In this document: in pieces, positions 10,176 through 20,440 of the stretch
Layout of the letters: each line of letters starts with the position of its first letter
How positions within the stretch are numbered: position 1 is the stretch's first letter
From: Candidatus Pacearchaeota archaeon
GTDB lineage: Archaea; Nanobdellota; Nanobdellia; Pacearchaeales; GW2011-AR1
Reading direction: 5' to 3'
Assembly: GCA_016188825.1 (NCBI GenBank)
Contig: JACPHA010000006.1
Location: 10,300 to 74,299 of the forward strand
Length of the DNA: 64,000 nucleotides
Translations under genes and position numbers: made by a program
Notes under the pieces: generated by a model
What the model was told of the DNA's origin: nothing
The model's input: the letters and a program-made list of their open reading frames with translations, nothing else
The model's database searches: none

Positions 10176-10877
10176 TTATGCCCTGGCTAATAAAGATGTG
10201 CCTTGAATATTATCTTCATATTTTATTTCCGCATCTCCTATCAATTCTAAGTCTAGTATTCCTGCACTTTCTACAAAACAACAAGATTCATTTCTCCTAG
10301 GCATCATCAAGTAAATAGCTGACACATTGCCAAACTCATCCTGCATTCCATCGAAGATACCAATAAACTCCTCTAGACAAAAATCTTCTTTTATTTTTAA
10401 AAGTGAGCTAATAGTGAATATGTCATTATATCCTTCTATAATAGCATTGGTTGATGTTCTTAGATCACTAGTTAGCTGTAACGAACTTCCTATTTGGCCA
10501 GTTATTTGTCTATAGCCTAAGTCTATCATTCTAAATGGTCTTAAATTCCGATTCGTCCACTCCAGCAATGAAAAAGTTCCGGAAGCTAAATTGTCTTCAT
10601 AAGGATAAATTAGTTTTCCACTGATCCTATATTCTCCAGAAATACGTGGGTGATTTGGGCCTTCAGGAAAATTTAAAGTAAAGCCCATATCTCTAACTAT
10701 ATTAATTAAATTATTCATAGAAGGCATATTCTTCGTAAAATCTTCAGGAATGCCTAATGTTCTAGATAGAGCGTCAAACAAACCATTCTGACAATTACAT
10801 CCTAAAAAATTTAAAGAAATCAAGCTAGAAAGACCACCCACAATAGCTTCTCTTCTTGTTATATAATTATTTTTCAT
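10176..10877 (-). CDS. putative secreted lipoprotein, unknown function
   Basis: N-terminus TRREAIVGGLSSLISLNFLGC has a twin-arginine-like motif followed by a lipobox-like Cys. Confidence 0.5.
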   Translation of the reverse strand: MKNNYITRREAIVGGLSSLISLNFLGCNCQNGLFDALSRTLGIPEDFTKNMPSMNNLINIVRDMGFTLNFPEGPNHPRISGEYRISGKLIYPYEDNLASGTFSLLEWTNRNLRPFRMIDLGYRQITGQIGSSLQLTSDLRTSTNAIIEGYNDIFTISSLLKIKEDFCLEEFIGIFDGMQDEFGNVSAIYLMMPRRNESCCFVESAGILDLELIGDAEIKYEDNIQGTSLLARA

Positions 10878-10909
10878 AGTAATGTGAGATATTATGGTTG
10901 TTTTAGTGT

Positions 10910-13252
10910 TTATTTATTTAACCTATTTAGATTATCTCTTGCATTTTGATGAGTCGAATCTATTTGCAATGCTCTTTCATAAGTTTTTTTCGCATCTTGT
11001 ATCAATCCTTGTTTTTCAAAAGCAACGCCAAGATTATTGTAAGCATCACAATATCCTGAATCGATTCTAATAGCTTCTCTAAACTCCCTTATTGCTTCAT
11101 CATAGTTTCTTATTCCTAAAAGCTCATTTCCAAGACAGTAATGATATGTTTTTTCCAGAGGATTTATGGAAACGGCTTTTCTATATTCTTCTATAGATTT
11201 AGAATGATTATTTATTATAAGATAACAATATCCCAATTGGCAATGAATGTCTGCTCTCCTTTCATTATTCAAAGCAACTTTTTCTAAGTGTGAGATTGCT
11301 TTTCCATATTCTTCTTTTAAATAAAAACAATTTCCTAAGTATAAATGAGAGTTTGTGAAATTCCTATAATTCTGCGGAGCAGATTCAATAATTGATTCTA
11401 GGTTTTTTATTGCGCTATCGTAATTCTTTTTTTCATATTCAGACACTGCTTCATTATATAGTTTGTCAAAATCCTTGGGTTTAGTTTCTTTTTCCGGATT
11501 TATTCTTTCTGCTTTTCCACTTGTAGCTTGTTGCCCGTTTTGATTTATATTTTCAATTTCTCTAATCCTGCTCCAATACTGAAAGGCTCTTTCTTGATTT
11601 TTTCTTTCGTTATATTCTAAAGCTCCCAAACTATACAAAGCATCTACCTGATTAGGATTCATCTCCAAGATTTTTTTAAATTGTTTTTCTGCATAATCTG
11701 TCCATACGCCACCTTTCTTTAGAAAAACATTTCCAAGATTTAAGTTTGCTTGAACAGCAAGACTATAATCGGGTTCTTGACGTAAAGAATCTTCTAAATA
11801 TGCTATGGCTCTATCTAAATCGCCCAGCTTAAAATATAAAACACCAATATTATGAAAAAGAATTGGAGAATCTTTATGATATTTTATTTCATCGTCATAG
11901 ATTTGCAGGGCTTCTTTAAAATTGCCTTGTTGCTCTGCCTTTGTTGCTTTGTTGATAATATTCTCCAAATCTGTCCCATCAACAACATAACTATTTTTTG
12001 GTAATGGAAAGATGAGCTCCAAATCCTTCGGGTTTGTTTCATCCATCTCTTTTCTTATATATTCTATTTTCCCATCCAAAGATAATTTTGCAAAATAATC
12101 TATTTTGCTCCAGTCGGCATTTTTTGGAATTACATAATAAGTACCTTCTTTATAAGGCAAGCTTATTTTTGGATTAGAATATTTAACTACCAAGTCTAAT
12201 GATTTAGAAAATTTCTTATTTTTATCTACAATATCCCCACTTTCGTCAAACTCATAAATGCCTCTAGGCAAATATTTTTTAACTATGGCGTCAGTTGGTA
12301 ATTGTATTGTCTCTACCAAATACTCGTCTTCCACAATTTTCTTTGCAAGTTTTGTAGTTATATTTCCATTTTCATAATTAACATAAACAAAATCATTAGT
12401 TGAAGTAAAATTAGGAATCTCTTCTGCAAAAAGATTAATGCTTCCAAAGTCTAAATTAATAAATCTCGGTTCTATAGGAGGATGAACACTAACAATTTCT
12501 CCTATTTCTGAAAGCACATTATTTTCACACCAAATAAATTTTATTTTATTATTATCATCGACAAATTTAACATATTTTCCTTCTCCGATGGGTATTACTG
12601 TGCCAGCAATAAATTCTATTTTTTCTTTTTCTTTTTTATATGCGCTAAAGGCTATTTCTTGTCCAGTTTTATTAAGAGAGTCTCTAAGATATTTACCTAA
12701 CTCTTCATTTGAATATGCAAGAATTATTGGAGAACCAATAATATAATTCTCTTGTATTGTTTTTGGAGGTTTTTGTAATTGTTTATTTTTATCAGTAACG
12801 TTAATTGTGGTATTTCCAATTTCAAAGTCATTAAGAAACCATTTTCCTGTATATTTCCCAGGAGTTAACCGTCCAGGGTAGTAAGTAAGCCAAGTAAACC
12901 AATCATTGTTTGGAATTGTGCCATGGTTTTCTATTCTGATTAATCTTTCTTTACCATCAAATCTTTCTTTACCATCATATAACCTTAAATATAGTTCACT
13001 TCCAATTTGATTAACAATTCTGCTCATTAAAGTAACATATTCTCCTGTAGAAAAATTATTTTTTTTACCAATTATCTCATTAGGAAAGTCAACTAATCCA
13101 TCTTTATTTAAATCACTCCAGTAATTTGCCGCAAAAAATTCGTTTTGAGCATTATTATGTTGAGAGGGAGCATAATATCCTGTTTCAACTAGACAGCCAG
13201 ATGATAAGGAAAGCAATGCTGTTAGGCCTGATTTAACAATTTTTCTGAGCAT
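10910..13252 (-). CDS. modular lipoprotein with C-terminal TPR repeats
   Basis: Likely start MLRKIVKSGLTALLSLSSGC (lipobox). N-terminal domain is paralogous to 13260-14165 and the middle domain to 14155-14988. The C-terminal half has many TPR-like repeats (AxxYxxKALxxxP type). Confidence 0.75.
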   Translation of the reverse strand: MLRKIVKSGLTALLSLSSGCLVETGYYAPSQHNNAQNEFFAANYWSDLNKDGLVDFPNEIIGKKNNFSTGEYVTLMSRIVNQIGSELYLRLYDGKERFDGKERLIRIENHGTIPNNDWFTWLTYYPGRLTPGKYTGKWFLNDFEIGNTTINVTDKNKQLQKPPKTIQENYIIGSPIILAYSNEELGKYLRDSLNKTGQEIAFSAYKKEKEKIEFIAGTVIPIGEGKYVKFVDDNNKIKFIWCENNVLSEIGEIVSVHPPIEPRFINLDFGSINLFAEEIPNFTSTNDFVYVNYENGNITTKLAKKIVEDEYLVETIQLPTDAIVKKYLPRGIYEFDESGDIVDKNKKFSKSLDLVVKYSNPKISLPYKEGTYYVIPKNADWSKIDYFAKLSLDGKIEYIRKEMDETNPKDLELIFPLPKNSYVVDGTDLENIINKATKAEQQGNFKEALQIYDDEIKYHKDSPILFHNIGVLYFKLGDLDRAIAYLEDSLRQEPDYSLAVQANLNLGNVFLKKGGVWTDYAEKQFKKILEMNPNQVDALYSLGALEYNERKNQERAFQYWSRIREIENINQNGQQATSGKAERINPEKETKPKDFDKLYNEAVSEYEKKNYDSAIKNLESIIESAPQNYRNFTNSHLYLGNCFYLKEEYGKAISHLEKVALNNERRADIHCQLGYCYLIINNHSKSIEEYRKAVSINPLEKTYHYCLGNELLGIRNYDEAIREFREAIRIDSGYCDAYNNLGVAFEKQGLIQDAKKTYERALQIDSTHQNARDNLNRLNK

Positions 13253-13259
13253 TTTGGGA

Positions 13260-14165
13260 TTAAGGAATATTATCAATAACACTAATACGTGTAGTTCCAA
13301 TTACTTTCCAATTGATAGACCATGCTGCTCCATAGTGACCAGGATTAAGTCTTCCCGGTGCATACTGATGCCATGCAAACCAATCATTAGATTGAATTTT
13401 TCCATAGTTCAATTCTTCGATTTCTTCGATTTTTCTTTTATTATTTTGAGTTTTTTCATACGGTCTAAACTCATATAGCCTAAGTTCTAATGGATTTCCT
13501 GTTTGATTAAAAATTCTACACATTAACATAATGTTTTCGTTTTTAGAGAATGTTGTTTTTTGACCTGTTATCTCACCTGGATAATCAACCCTTTTGTTGC
13601 CATTTAAATCACTCCAGTAATTTGCCGCAAAAAATTCGTTTTGGTCGCGATCATTTCGTCGAGTAGAATAAACTATAGATTCCTTTTTTTGTTCTTCTTT
13701 GTTAAAAACATTGATTTTTATTTCTCCAATATGTCTCTCATTAAGAAACCATTTTCCTGTATATTCGCCTGAAGCAAGCCACCCAGGAGCATAATAACTA
13801 AATAAATAATAATTATCATCAATTACTCGATGTCTCTTTCCTTGTTCGATAAGAATTCCCTTATCATCATACAACCTAAAAGCCAAACCATTTCCAATAC
13901 AATTATCAATGTTTGATGCAAATCTAATGTGTTCATTTGTAAAAAAATTATTTTTTATTCCTATTAGCTCATTAGGGATCTTAATATTTCCATCGCCATT
14001 TAAATCACCATAGTCATTACATGCAGAAAACTTGTATGTACAATCTTGATTTTGTTTTTTATTCTCTAAAATTTGAATGGGTTTATGATAATCATAAGGA
14101 ACCGTGCAAGCTGACGAAAACGAAACCAGCGCCGCCAAGCCCATTTTAATTATTTTATTTTTCAT
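13260..14165 (-). CDS. lipoprotein with two copies of the EFFAANYWSDLN...TGKWFLN domain
   Basis: Signal MKNKIIKMGLAALVSFSSAC. Two tandem repeats are homologous to the N-terminal domain of the TPR protein (EFFAANYWSDLNG... and FSACNDYGDLNGDG...). Confidence 0.75.
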   Translation of the reverse strand: MKNKIIKMGLAALVSFSSACTVPYDYHKPIQILENKKQNQDCTYKFSACNDYGDLNGDGNIKIPNELIGIKNNFFTNEHIRFASNIDNCIGNGLAFRLYDDKGILIEQGKRHRVIDDNYYLFSYYAPGWLASGEYTGKWFLNERHIGEIKINVFNKEEQKKESIVYSTRRNDRDQNEFFAANYWSDLNGNKRVDYPGEITGQKTTFSKNENIMLMCRIFNQTGNPLELRLYEFRPYEKTQNNKRKIEEIEELNYGKIQSNDWFAWHQYAPGRLNPGHYGAAWSINWKVIGTTRISVIDNIP

Positions 14166-14988
14166 TTCGCCCACTGCCTAGTATGCTTTGCTCATTGGTC
14201 ATGGGTGGCTTATCTTCTATAGTATTTTTTGCATATCTTGCGGTAATGTTTCCATTGTCATAATCTATGTGTAAGAAATTATTAGTTGGTGTATAGGTTG
14301 ATTCATCTTTAATAATTTCCTCTATAAAGAAATTTGTACCAGCATAATTTAATCTTCTTAAACGAGAATCTTGTTTTTCTCTTGAAACCTTTACTATTCG
14401 AGCATTCGATGTAAACTTCCCATTATCGCTCAATATAAATTTTTCTATGCTAAAGTTATCATCAACAAATTGAACATAATTTCCCCCTAATTCTTCACTA
14501 CCACTAATTGGCATTAATGTTCCACCAACATACTCAAATTTATTATCTTTTTCTCTGAGTACAACAAATTCCTTATCTCTATTATGAAGCCAGAGGCGTA
14601 TTGCTTCTCCATAAAGAGAGGAGACATATTCAACTGGATTTGTTATTGAAGTATCTTCCGTACCAACATAAACTCTTGATTGCTCCTTACCAAAAATCCT
14701 AGCCATTTCTTCTATAGAAGGAAATGGTTTATTCCATTTACATCTAGGATCCCACGAAGGACAAGTGCCTGGTGGATGTGGCATAGTTAGAGGTTGTATA
14801 GTTAGAGAAGAACCGTCGTATATAACACTACCGAAATTGCCGATGGGGCCGTAATTTCCCATTGAGCCAGGCATACTAGGGATATTTGGGCCAAAACAAC
14901 CACCTCTTGAGCTAGAAGGGGGCAAACCATTTGCTATGCTATAAGAAAGCAGTGCTGCCAAGCCCGAAGCAATATTTTTTCTTTTCAT
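14155..14988 (-). CDS. secreted paralog of the middle domain of the TPR lipoprotein
   Basis: Signal-like N-terminus MKRKNIASGLAALLSYS. The stretch YVQFVDDN...NNFLHIDYDNGNITARYAKNTIED parallels YVKFVDDN...NDFVYVNYENGNITTKLAKKIVED in 10910-13252. Confidence 0.7.
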   Translation of the reverse strand: MKRKNIASGLAALLSYSIANGLPPSSSRGGCFGPNIPSMPGSMGNYGPIGNFGSVIYDGSSLTIQPLTMPHPPGTCPSWDPRCKWNKPFPSIEEMARIFGKEQSRVYVGTEDTSITNPVEYVSSLYGEAIRLWLHNRDKEFVVLREKDNKFEYVGGTLMPISGSEELGGNYVQFVDDNFSIEKFILSDNGKFTSNARIVKVSREKQDSRLRRLNYAGTNFFIEEIIKDESTYTPTNNFLHIDYDNGNITARYAKNTIEDKPPMTNEQSILGSGRNEK

Positions 14989-15016
14989 TTTGTCTAACCC
15001 GTTACTTACTTGCTTA

Positions 15017-15310
15017 TCACCATTTCAGATTATAATTTGGTGTTGGAGTATACCTATCATAATTTTTTGTTGTTAACTCTAATTCTTCAAAAAAAGACTT
15101 CAAATAAAAAGGCTCTTTACCTTTCTTATGTTGAGGAAGACAATCAGGAAGACAATCCCGTAAAGAAAAGTTATTATGAATAGTATTCGATGAACCTGTA
15201 TAGTGCTTAGGTATAGATTCACATCCCACTAAAAAAGAAGACGCTACTACCATTGATTTAATAAATAAACTCTTTACTTTGTCTTTGTTAATTATTTCAT
15301 ATAATCTCAT
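15017..15310 (-). CDS. small putative lipoprotein
   Basis: The internal start MRLYEIINKDKVKSLFIKSMVVASSFLVGC gives a lipobox and removes the overlap with the upstream gene. Confidence 0.5.
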   Translation of the reverse strand: MRLYEIINKDKVKSLFIKSMVVASSFLVGCESIPKHYTGSSNTIHNNFSLRDCLPDCLPQHKKGKEPFYLKSFFEELELTTKNYDRYTPTPNYNLKW

Positions 15311-15314
15311 TTTC

Positions 15315-16667
15315 TTATCTCCTCGGGGAATAATTATTGTTTCCTCTAATCTGTAATCCCCCGTTGTTAATATTTGGATTATTATATAAGCCATTATTTA
15401 ATCCTCCATAAACCCCTCCACCAACAACATTTAATTTGCCGTGGTCTTTTAGAATACTTCCATAATCCGCGATATTAGGATTAAGTTCAATTGTCTTGCC
15501 TATATCCCTAGGCACATAATTTATATCTCCTTTTATATCTACTGCAGGAATTGCCATTTTAACTAACTCTGGACTTATCGTTGCTGTCCGAAGCTGTTCA
15601 GACAAACTTCCTGTAATCTGCAGCTGCGTGTCCTTTAAAACAGGATAATTTTGTAAAACTCCAGAAGATGAAAGAATATCACTAAGTTTTGCGCTTTGCA
15701 TTGGTGTAGATGCTATATCTGTTACAAATTTGTCTATGCCTAATTTATATGTATTGCTCCATATAAAATGTGAAGAACTGTCTCTTTTAAATTCTGGTGT
15801 TGGAACTTTTAAAGCAGTCATATCTCCACCCAAAAAGTTTCCTTTATTACCAATTGTTGGAGAAGTATAATTATTCATGATATCTGCAGGAGTGTGCTGA
15901 TAAACATTAACATTATGTGCCTTAAATGTTTCAGCCATAGACTTAACAGAACCCCCATTAACAACTTCTCCATTTAAAACTATTACATGCACATTCCAAT
16001 TATTTTTCGCTAAATTTTCAGCTAATTTGGGCATCCCAGCTAAAGTTGTATCAATAAATTTATTAGTATCTTGTCTAGTAAGCTCTTTCTCAGTTTGACT
16101 CAGATTTAATTTTCCTGTAATGGGAGCAACAATAGGCCGCATAGGCGCAGAAGCAAGAACTTCCAAAGGGGCATTTAGTTTTATCGCGGGATCTAAAAGA
16201 ATAATTGTGCTCCCTTTATTATTTTCTATAAATTTTGGATTTTCTTGCATGTATCTTAACATAGATACTCCACCGGTACTATAACCACCGAATACATTGT
16301 TTTTTCCTTGGATATTGCCCACCGTATTATTTATCGCAATTTTATTTTGCTCCGATCCGTTATGACCTCTATTTGGTAAATCTATAATTTGTGTTTGAAA
16401 TCCTTTATTTTGCATTGTCTGATTTGAATTTGCCCAAGCAGCACTAGTTTGATTTAAACCATGAACAATAACAAAATTTCTATTTTCATTTCTATCCTCA
16501 AATTTTGGCGTATAGGTTATTGGCTGTAAATATGGAATATTTATCTCTTGATCAAGTTTTTTTGGCGGAATATAAGGATCTTGAGCAAATGCTTTAGAAG
16601 AAAAAATACTTGCTTCTGCTAAAAGAGCAACAAGTCCTAGTTTTTTTATTTTGTTTATTCTTTTCAT
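15315..16667 (-). CDS. secreted alpha/beta-hydrolase (esterase/lipase-like)
   Basis: Signal MKRINKIKKLGLVALLAEASIFSSKAFA. HGLNQTSAAW oxyanion-type motif and GYSTGG nucleophile elbow (GxSxG). Confidence 0.6.
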   Translation of the reverse strand: MKRINKIKKLGLVALLAEASIFSSKAFAQDPYIPPKKLDQEINIPYLQPITYTPKFEDRNENRNFVIVHGLNQTSAAWANSNQTMQNKGFQTQIIDLPNRGHNGSEQNKIAINNTVGNIQGKNNVFGGYSTGGVSMLRYMQENPKFIENNKGSTIILLDPAIKLNAPLEVLASAPMRPIVAPITGKLNLSQTEKELTRQDTNKFIDTTLAGMPKLAENLAKNNWNVHVIVLNGEVVNGGSVKSMAETFKAHNVNVYQHTPADIMNNYTSPTIGNKGNFLGGDMTALKVPTPEFKRDSSSHFIWSNTYKLGIDKFVTDIASTPMQSAKLSDILSSSGVLQNYPVLKDTQLQITGSLSEQLRTATISPELVKMAIPAVDIKGDINYVPRDIGKTIELNPNIADYGSILKDHGKLNVVGGGVYGGLNNGLYNNPNINNGGLQIRGNNNYSPRR

Positions 16668-16712
16668 ATCTTTTCTAAGGTTAAGACAATATTTATATCT
16701 TCCCAATATAAA

Positions 16713-16805
16713 ATATATTCTAAAATATTTTAATATATTAAGTAAAGTTTATATATTCTAAAATATTTTAATATATTAAGTAAAGTTTATATATTCTAAA
16801 ATATT
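16713..16805. repeat. 38-bp tandem direct repeat (about 2.4 copies) in a divergent promoter region
   Basis: ATATATTCTAAAATATTTTAATATATTAAGTAAAGTTT occurs at 16713-16750 and 16751-16788, with a partial third copy. Each copy carries a TTTATATA TATA-box-like word. Confidence 0.9.
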
Positions 16806-16814
16806 AAGAAAGAG

Positions 16815-17813
16815 ATGAAAAGAAAGCTGATCAAACAAGGGTATAACACAATGACTATAACTTTGCCAATAGAATGGATTAAGAAGTTAAATCTTAAGAA
16901 GAGGGAAGAAGTTGACGTTATAGATGAAGGAGATTCATTAATAATAAGCGGAAAACAAAAAAATGAAGAAAAGAGTGCCACACTAGACATCTCCAATTTC
17001 ATAGTACCGATGCTGTGGAAATTTTTTCAATCTATATATAGAAAAGGTTATAATGAAGTAAAAATAATCTTCGAACCAAGTAAAAAAACATATCCTAATA
17101 TTTATCAATACTTTTCTCCTTTGTTAGGCGATAAAGTTTTTGGGAAAAAGCATCCTTCAAAGCCTGCTATTGAAACAATTCAAGATTTGGTTAATAGATT
17201 TATCGGAATGGAGATAATTGAAACAGGAAAGAATTATTGCATAGTGAAAGATATGACTGAGCCGACTACAAAAGAATACAACAACGCATTCAGAAGAATA
17301 TTTATGCTTATTTCTGGAATGTTTGAAAGAACACTTAGTGCAATAGAGAAGGACGAGATAGGGGATACAGAGATATGTGAAGAAATTCATGCACTCGATA
17401 CAAATATTGATAGGTTTATTGATTATTGCTGCAGAATGCTTAATAAAGTAAACAATTCTGCTCCTCAATCGAAAAAACCAGCGATATTTTCTACTCTATT
17501 TATTCTTGAGTTATTATCTGATGAATTTAAAGATATTGCAGACCATTTAGCCATTACGCATAAGAAAGTAAAAATTTTGTTTCCTCTTGCAGAAAAAGTA
17601 AGAGAACACTTTAATTTTTATGAAAAAACTTTTTTCAAATTTGAAGGAGACTTAGCAATGCAATTCGGAAAAAATTCTCTTTCTATTTTAGATGAGCATC
17701 TTAGGTTAAATAAAAAAATAAAAGGAGAAAATAAAAGTATAACAAGACATCTTATGCAGATAAGCAAATATCTGTTATCATTGATAGAGCTTAGAATAGA
17801 AATGGAGTATTAA
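16815..17813 (+). CDS. AbrB/SpoVT-domain plus PhoU-like regulator
   Basis: N-terminal KQGYNTMTITLPIEWIKKLNLKKREEVDV is a SpoVT/AbrB swapped-hairpin motif. The rest is a long helical region, as in archaeal PhoU-type phosphate uptake regulators. Confidence 0.55.
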   Translation: MKRKLIKQGYNTMTITLPIEWIKKLNLKKREEVDVIDEGDSLIISGKQKNEEKSATLDISNFIVPMLWKFFQSIYRKGYNEVKIIFEPSKKTYPNIYQYFSPLLGDKVFGKKHPSKPAIETIQDLVNRFIGMEIIETGKNYCIVKDMTEPTTKEYNNAFRRIFMLISGMFERTLSAIEKDEIGDTEICEEIHALDTNIDRFIDYCCRMLNKVNNSAPQSKKPAIFSTLFILELLSDEFKDIADHLAITHKKVKILFPLAEKVREHFNFYEKTFFKFEGDLAMQFGKNSLSILDEHLRLNKKIKGENKSITRHLMQISKYLLSLIELRIEMEY

Positions 17814-17922
17814 AGTATAGCAACTGACTTAAATAATTCCTCAGATCGTCAGTTGCTATATTCGAGAGAACAAAAAGCAATGAGGAAATATTTTGGTCTC
17901 TCGTTATATTCTATCTTTTTTT

Positions 17923-19149
17923 TCATTGCAGAAACAAATAATAAACAATTGTCGGTATTAGCAAACAGCCCATTAAATTTATTCTCCTTGAACCAGATAA
18001 AATCGCAAAAACTCCCAAAGCACTTCCAGTTATCAAAACCAAAAGTCCATACAAATTTGACAATAATAAATTAACAAAAAATAAAATTAACAGAATAATA
18101 AATGACAATTTCCCGTAATCAATCTTGTCTATATTTACAGCAAATATCTTGGATAAATAAACTCCCACAAAAAAAGCAAAAATTCCTGCAAAAAAAACAG
18201 TTAAAATAATAACAACCAAATTGCTCAAAGAAATTTCTTCTAGAATATCCTTAATGGCGGCCGCAGCTCCTGTTCTTGCCTTCCCAATCGCATATGCTGT
18301 AACAAAACTCAATGCCATCACAATTGTATTTATCGCTCCGATTAAAACTAAAAAACTTCTGTTGTTCCTGCTTTCCTCGCCCATTATCTCACTCCCTATA
18401 ACAGCTGCCTGCCCGGAGCCGATTCCTGGAAGAAATGAGCAAAGTGGAGCAGAAATGACTGCAGCAAAACTAGACCTAAAAAATCCAATTTTACTCAAGC
18501 CAACATCTCTTAATGAAATTAATTTCTGCCTGGGTAATTTTATCTTCGCTTTTATACTAACTATCAATCCAGAAACCCCAAATAATCCAGAAAGCAAGGG
18601 CAGTAACGGTTCTTCAACGGGTAGATTAAAAGTCAGCAAACCAAGAAAACCAGCCAAAACAAAAATAACTAATGAAACAATAAATTTCTCTTCTCTAAAA
18701 ATAAGATACAAAGAAACAAAAATCAAAATATATGCTATAAACCCCTTAACAAAACTAAAAACAAAAGGTAAAAAATAAATAAAAATAAAACTGAAAATTA
18801 AAATTATGGGCAAGGCACTCAAAGAACCAAAAAGTGTCAGCAAAACTGCTTCTTGTCCTCTGCCTTCCAACAGCAATTGGTGTCCTGGCAAAACAGCCAA
18901 AAATGAATCTTCTTCCGGCGCGCCCAAAAAAATACTTGGTATAAAGTCAATGAAAGTGTGCGTTATAGCCATTGCAACAATAAAAACAACCAGAGTAATT
19001 TCATTAACTCCAGAAAAATATCCCAGAGATGCCAAAAGCCCTGCCGAAACTAAATTGATGTGAATCCCGGGAGACAAGCCTGTAAACGTACCTATTGTAC
19101 ATCCGAGCAATAAAGCGAGAATAATCTCGATAATCATTTTGCTCCGCAT
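17923..19149 (-). CDS. polytopic membrane protein, TctA/DUF112-like
   Basis: About 400 aa and hydrophobic throughout. LPGIGSGQAAVIGS motif resembles the TctA family. ATG lies one codon inside the TTG-start ORF. Confidence 0.45.
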   Translation of the reverse strand: MRSKMIIEIILALLLGCTIGTFTGLSPGIHINLVSAGLLASLGYFSGVNEITLVVFIVAMAITHTFIDFIPSIFLGAPEEDSFLAVLPGHQLLLEGRGQEAVLLTLFGSLSALPIILIFSFIFIYFLPFVFSFVKGFIAYILIFVSLYLIFREEKFIVSLVIFVLAGFLGLLTFNLPVEEPLLPLLSGLFGVSGLIVSIKAKIKLPRQKLISLRDVGLSKIGFFRSSFAAVISAPLCSFLPGIGSGQAAVIGSEIMGEESRNNRSFLVLIGAINTIVMALSFVTAYAIGKARTGAAAAIKDILEEISLSNLVVIILTVFFAGIFAFFVGVYLSKIFAVNIDKIDYGKLSFIILLILFFVNLLLSNLYGLLVLITGSALGVFAILSGSRRINLMGCLLIPTIVYYLFLQ

Positions 19150-19502
19150 CAATTTTACCGACGGTAAAATAGCCTTTTCTTTATGATTTGTATAACCATC
19201 AAGCTTTTATAAATGTTGTCGCCCCGGACTTTTTGATAAAAAAGTTCATGGTTTAATAGCCCTCTTTACTTTTAAGCCGTTTAAGATTATTTTATAGTCG
19301 ATAAAACCTTTTTTGATGTGCCTCCCTGAACTTTTTTCTTATCATTTTGAATGGGTTTTGGGTATATGGGACGTTTTTGGTAGCTTTTCTTATGCATTTT
19401 AACTCATGTACTGCTCGTTTATCCTATTAAGGCTGTTACGATTATTAAGATTGTGGTAATCCTTTAACAGACAGATCATTGAGAGAGTAGCTTCATAATT
19501 AA

Positions 19503-20234
19503 TTAAAATAGGAAAAAGAGGCTATCGTAAATAAATTTCAGACTTACCAAGCCAATCAGGACTAGAACTAATTTTCTAAAACTCTTTTGCTGAATTTTGT
19601 TAACAATCTTTTTACCTGCGTACGAACCTAAGATGGCAACTATGAATAATAAGGGAAGGTAATAGTAATACTCGTTTGAGAGGAAACCGCTTCCAAAGTA
19701 AATTGGTATTCTTGTCACGTCAACAGCTAAAGCAATTACTGCTGCTGTTGCAATGTAAACCTCTTTCTTTAAGTTAAAAGCAGTAAGAAATGCTCCGCGC
19801 AATGCTCCGCCCGTACCAATAAGTCCTGCAAGGAACCCAGATAGAGATCCACCAATAATTGCATTTTGTGTTTTTGGTTTAAACTTTAAGTCAGGCTTTA
19901 GCAAAAATACAATAGAATAACTTAGTAAGAATACTCCCAAAGCTAGCTTCAGTATTGCATTAGAAGTATAGTTAACAAGAAGCGCGCCTATAACTGCTAG
20001 AATAACACTTGGTATTCCAAAAAGCAAGATTAACCTCCAATTCAGTCCATGCCTGAAAAAAGTTATTCTTCCCATATTGCCAAAAATATGCAGAAGGGCA
20101 ACAAGAACTAGGGCTATTTTGAAGTCGACGAAGAAGAGGGCTATTGGCAGGAAAATAGTAGAAGAGCCAAATCCGGCCATTGTTCCTATAACTTCTGCTA
20201 GAAAGGCAAATATAAAGAACAATATTTCATTCAT
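19503..20234 (-). CDS. TauE/SafE (TSUP, DUF81) family anion exporter
   Basis: 243 aa with about 7-8 TM segments. Duplicated glycine motifs MAGFGSSTIFLP and GTGGALRGAFL are typical of TSUP. Confidence 0.6.
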   Translation of the reverse strand: MNEILFFIFAFLAEVIGTMAGFGSSTIFLPIALFFVDFKIALVLVALLHIFGNMGRITFFRHGLNWRLILLFGIPSVILAVIGALLVNYTSNAILKLALGVFLLSYSIVFLLKPDLKFKPKTQNAIIGGSLSGFLAGLIGTGGALRGAFLTAFNLKKEVYIATAAVIALAVDVTRIPIYFGSGFLSNEYYYYLPLLFIVAILGSYAGKKIVNKIQQKSFRKLVLVLIGLVSLKFIYDSLFFLF

Positions 20235-20310
20235 GAAGTAAGTCTGTTTTGTAGCTATAAAATTCTTTCTTAAAAAACCCTGAGTGTCTGTGTGAGGATT
20301 TTGGATGCAT

Positions 20311-20395
20311 GAGAAATCTTATGGATTTCTCTGCACAGAGAATTATAATTTACCTTAATTCTCTTGTGTTCAAGATTCTTGACGAATCTTGACAT
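20311..20395 (+). repeat. interspersed palindromic element, variant copy
   Basis: Hairpins GAGAAATC/GATTTCTC, AGAGAATT/AATTCTCT and TCAAGATT/AATCTTGA, ending in TCTTGACAT. Sits 45 nt upstream of the ATG at 20441. Confidence 0.7.
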
Positions 20396-20440
20396 AAAAC
20401 TGTAACAAAGCTAATAAACGCAATATTTCCAATATGTTTT

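Noticed and set aside
16713-16805. Tandem 38-bp repeats as a CRISPR array
   Set aside because: The copies are directly adjacent with no spacers, are extremely AT-rich, and no cas genes are nearby.
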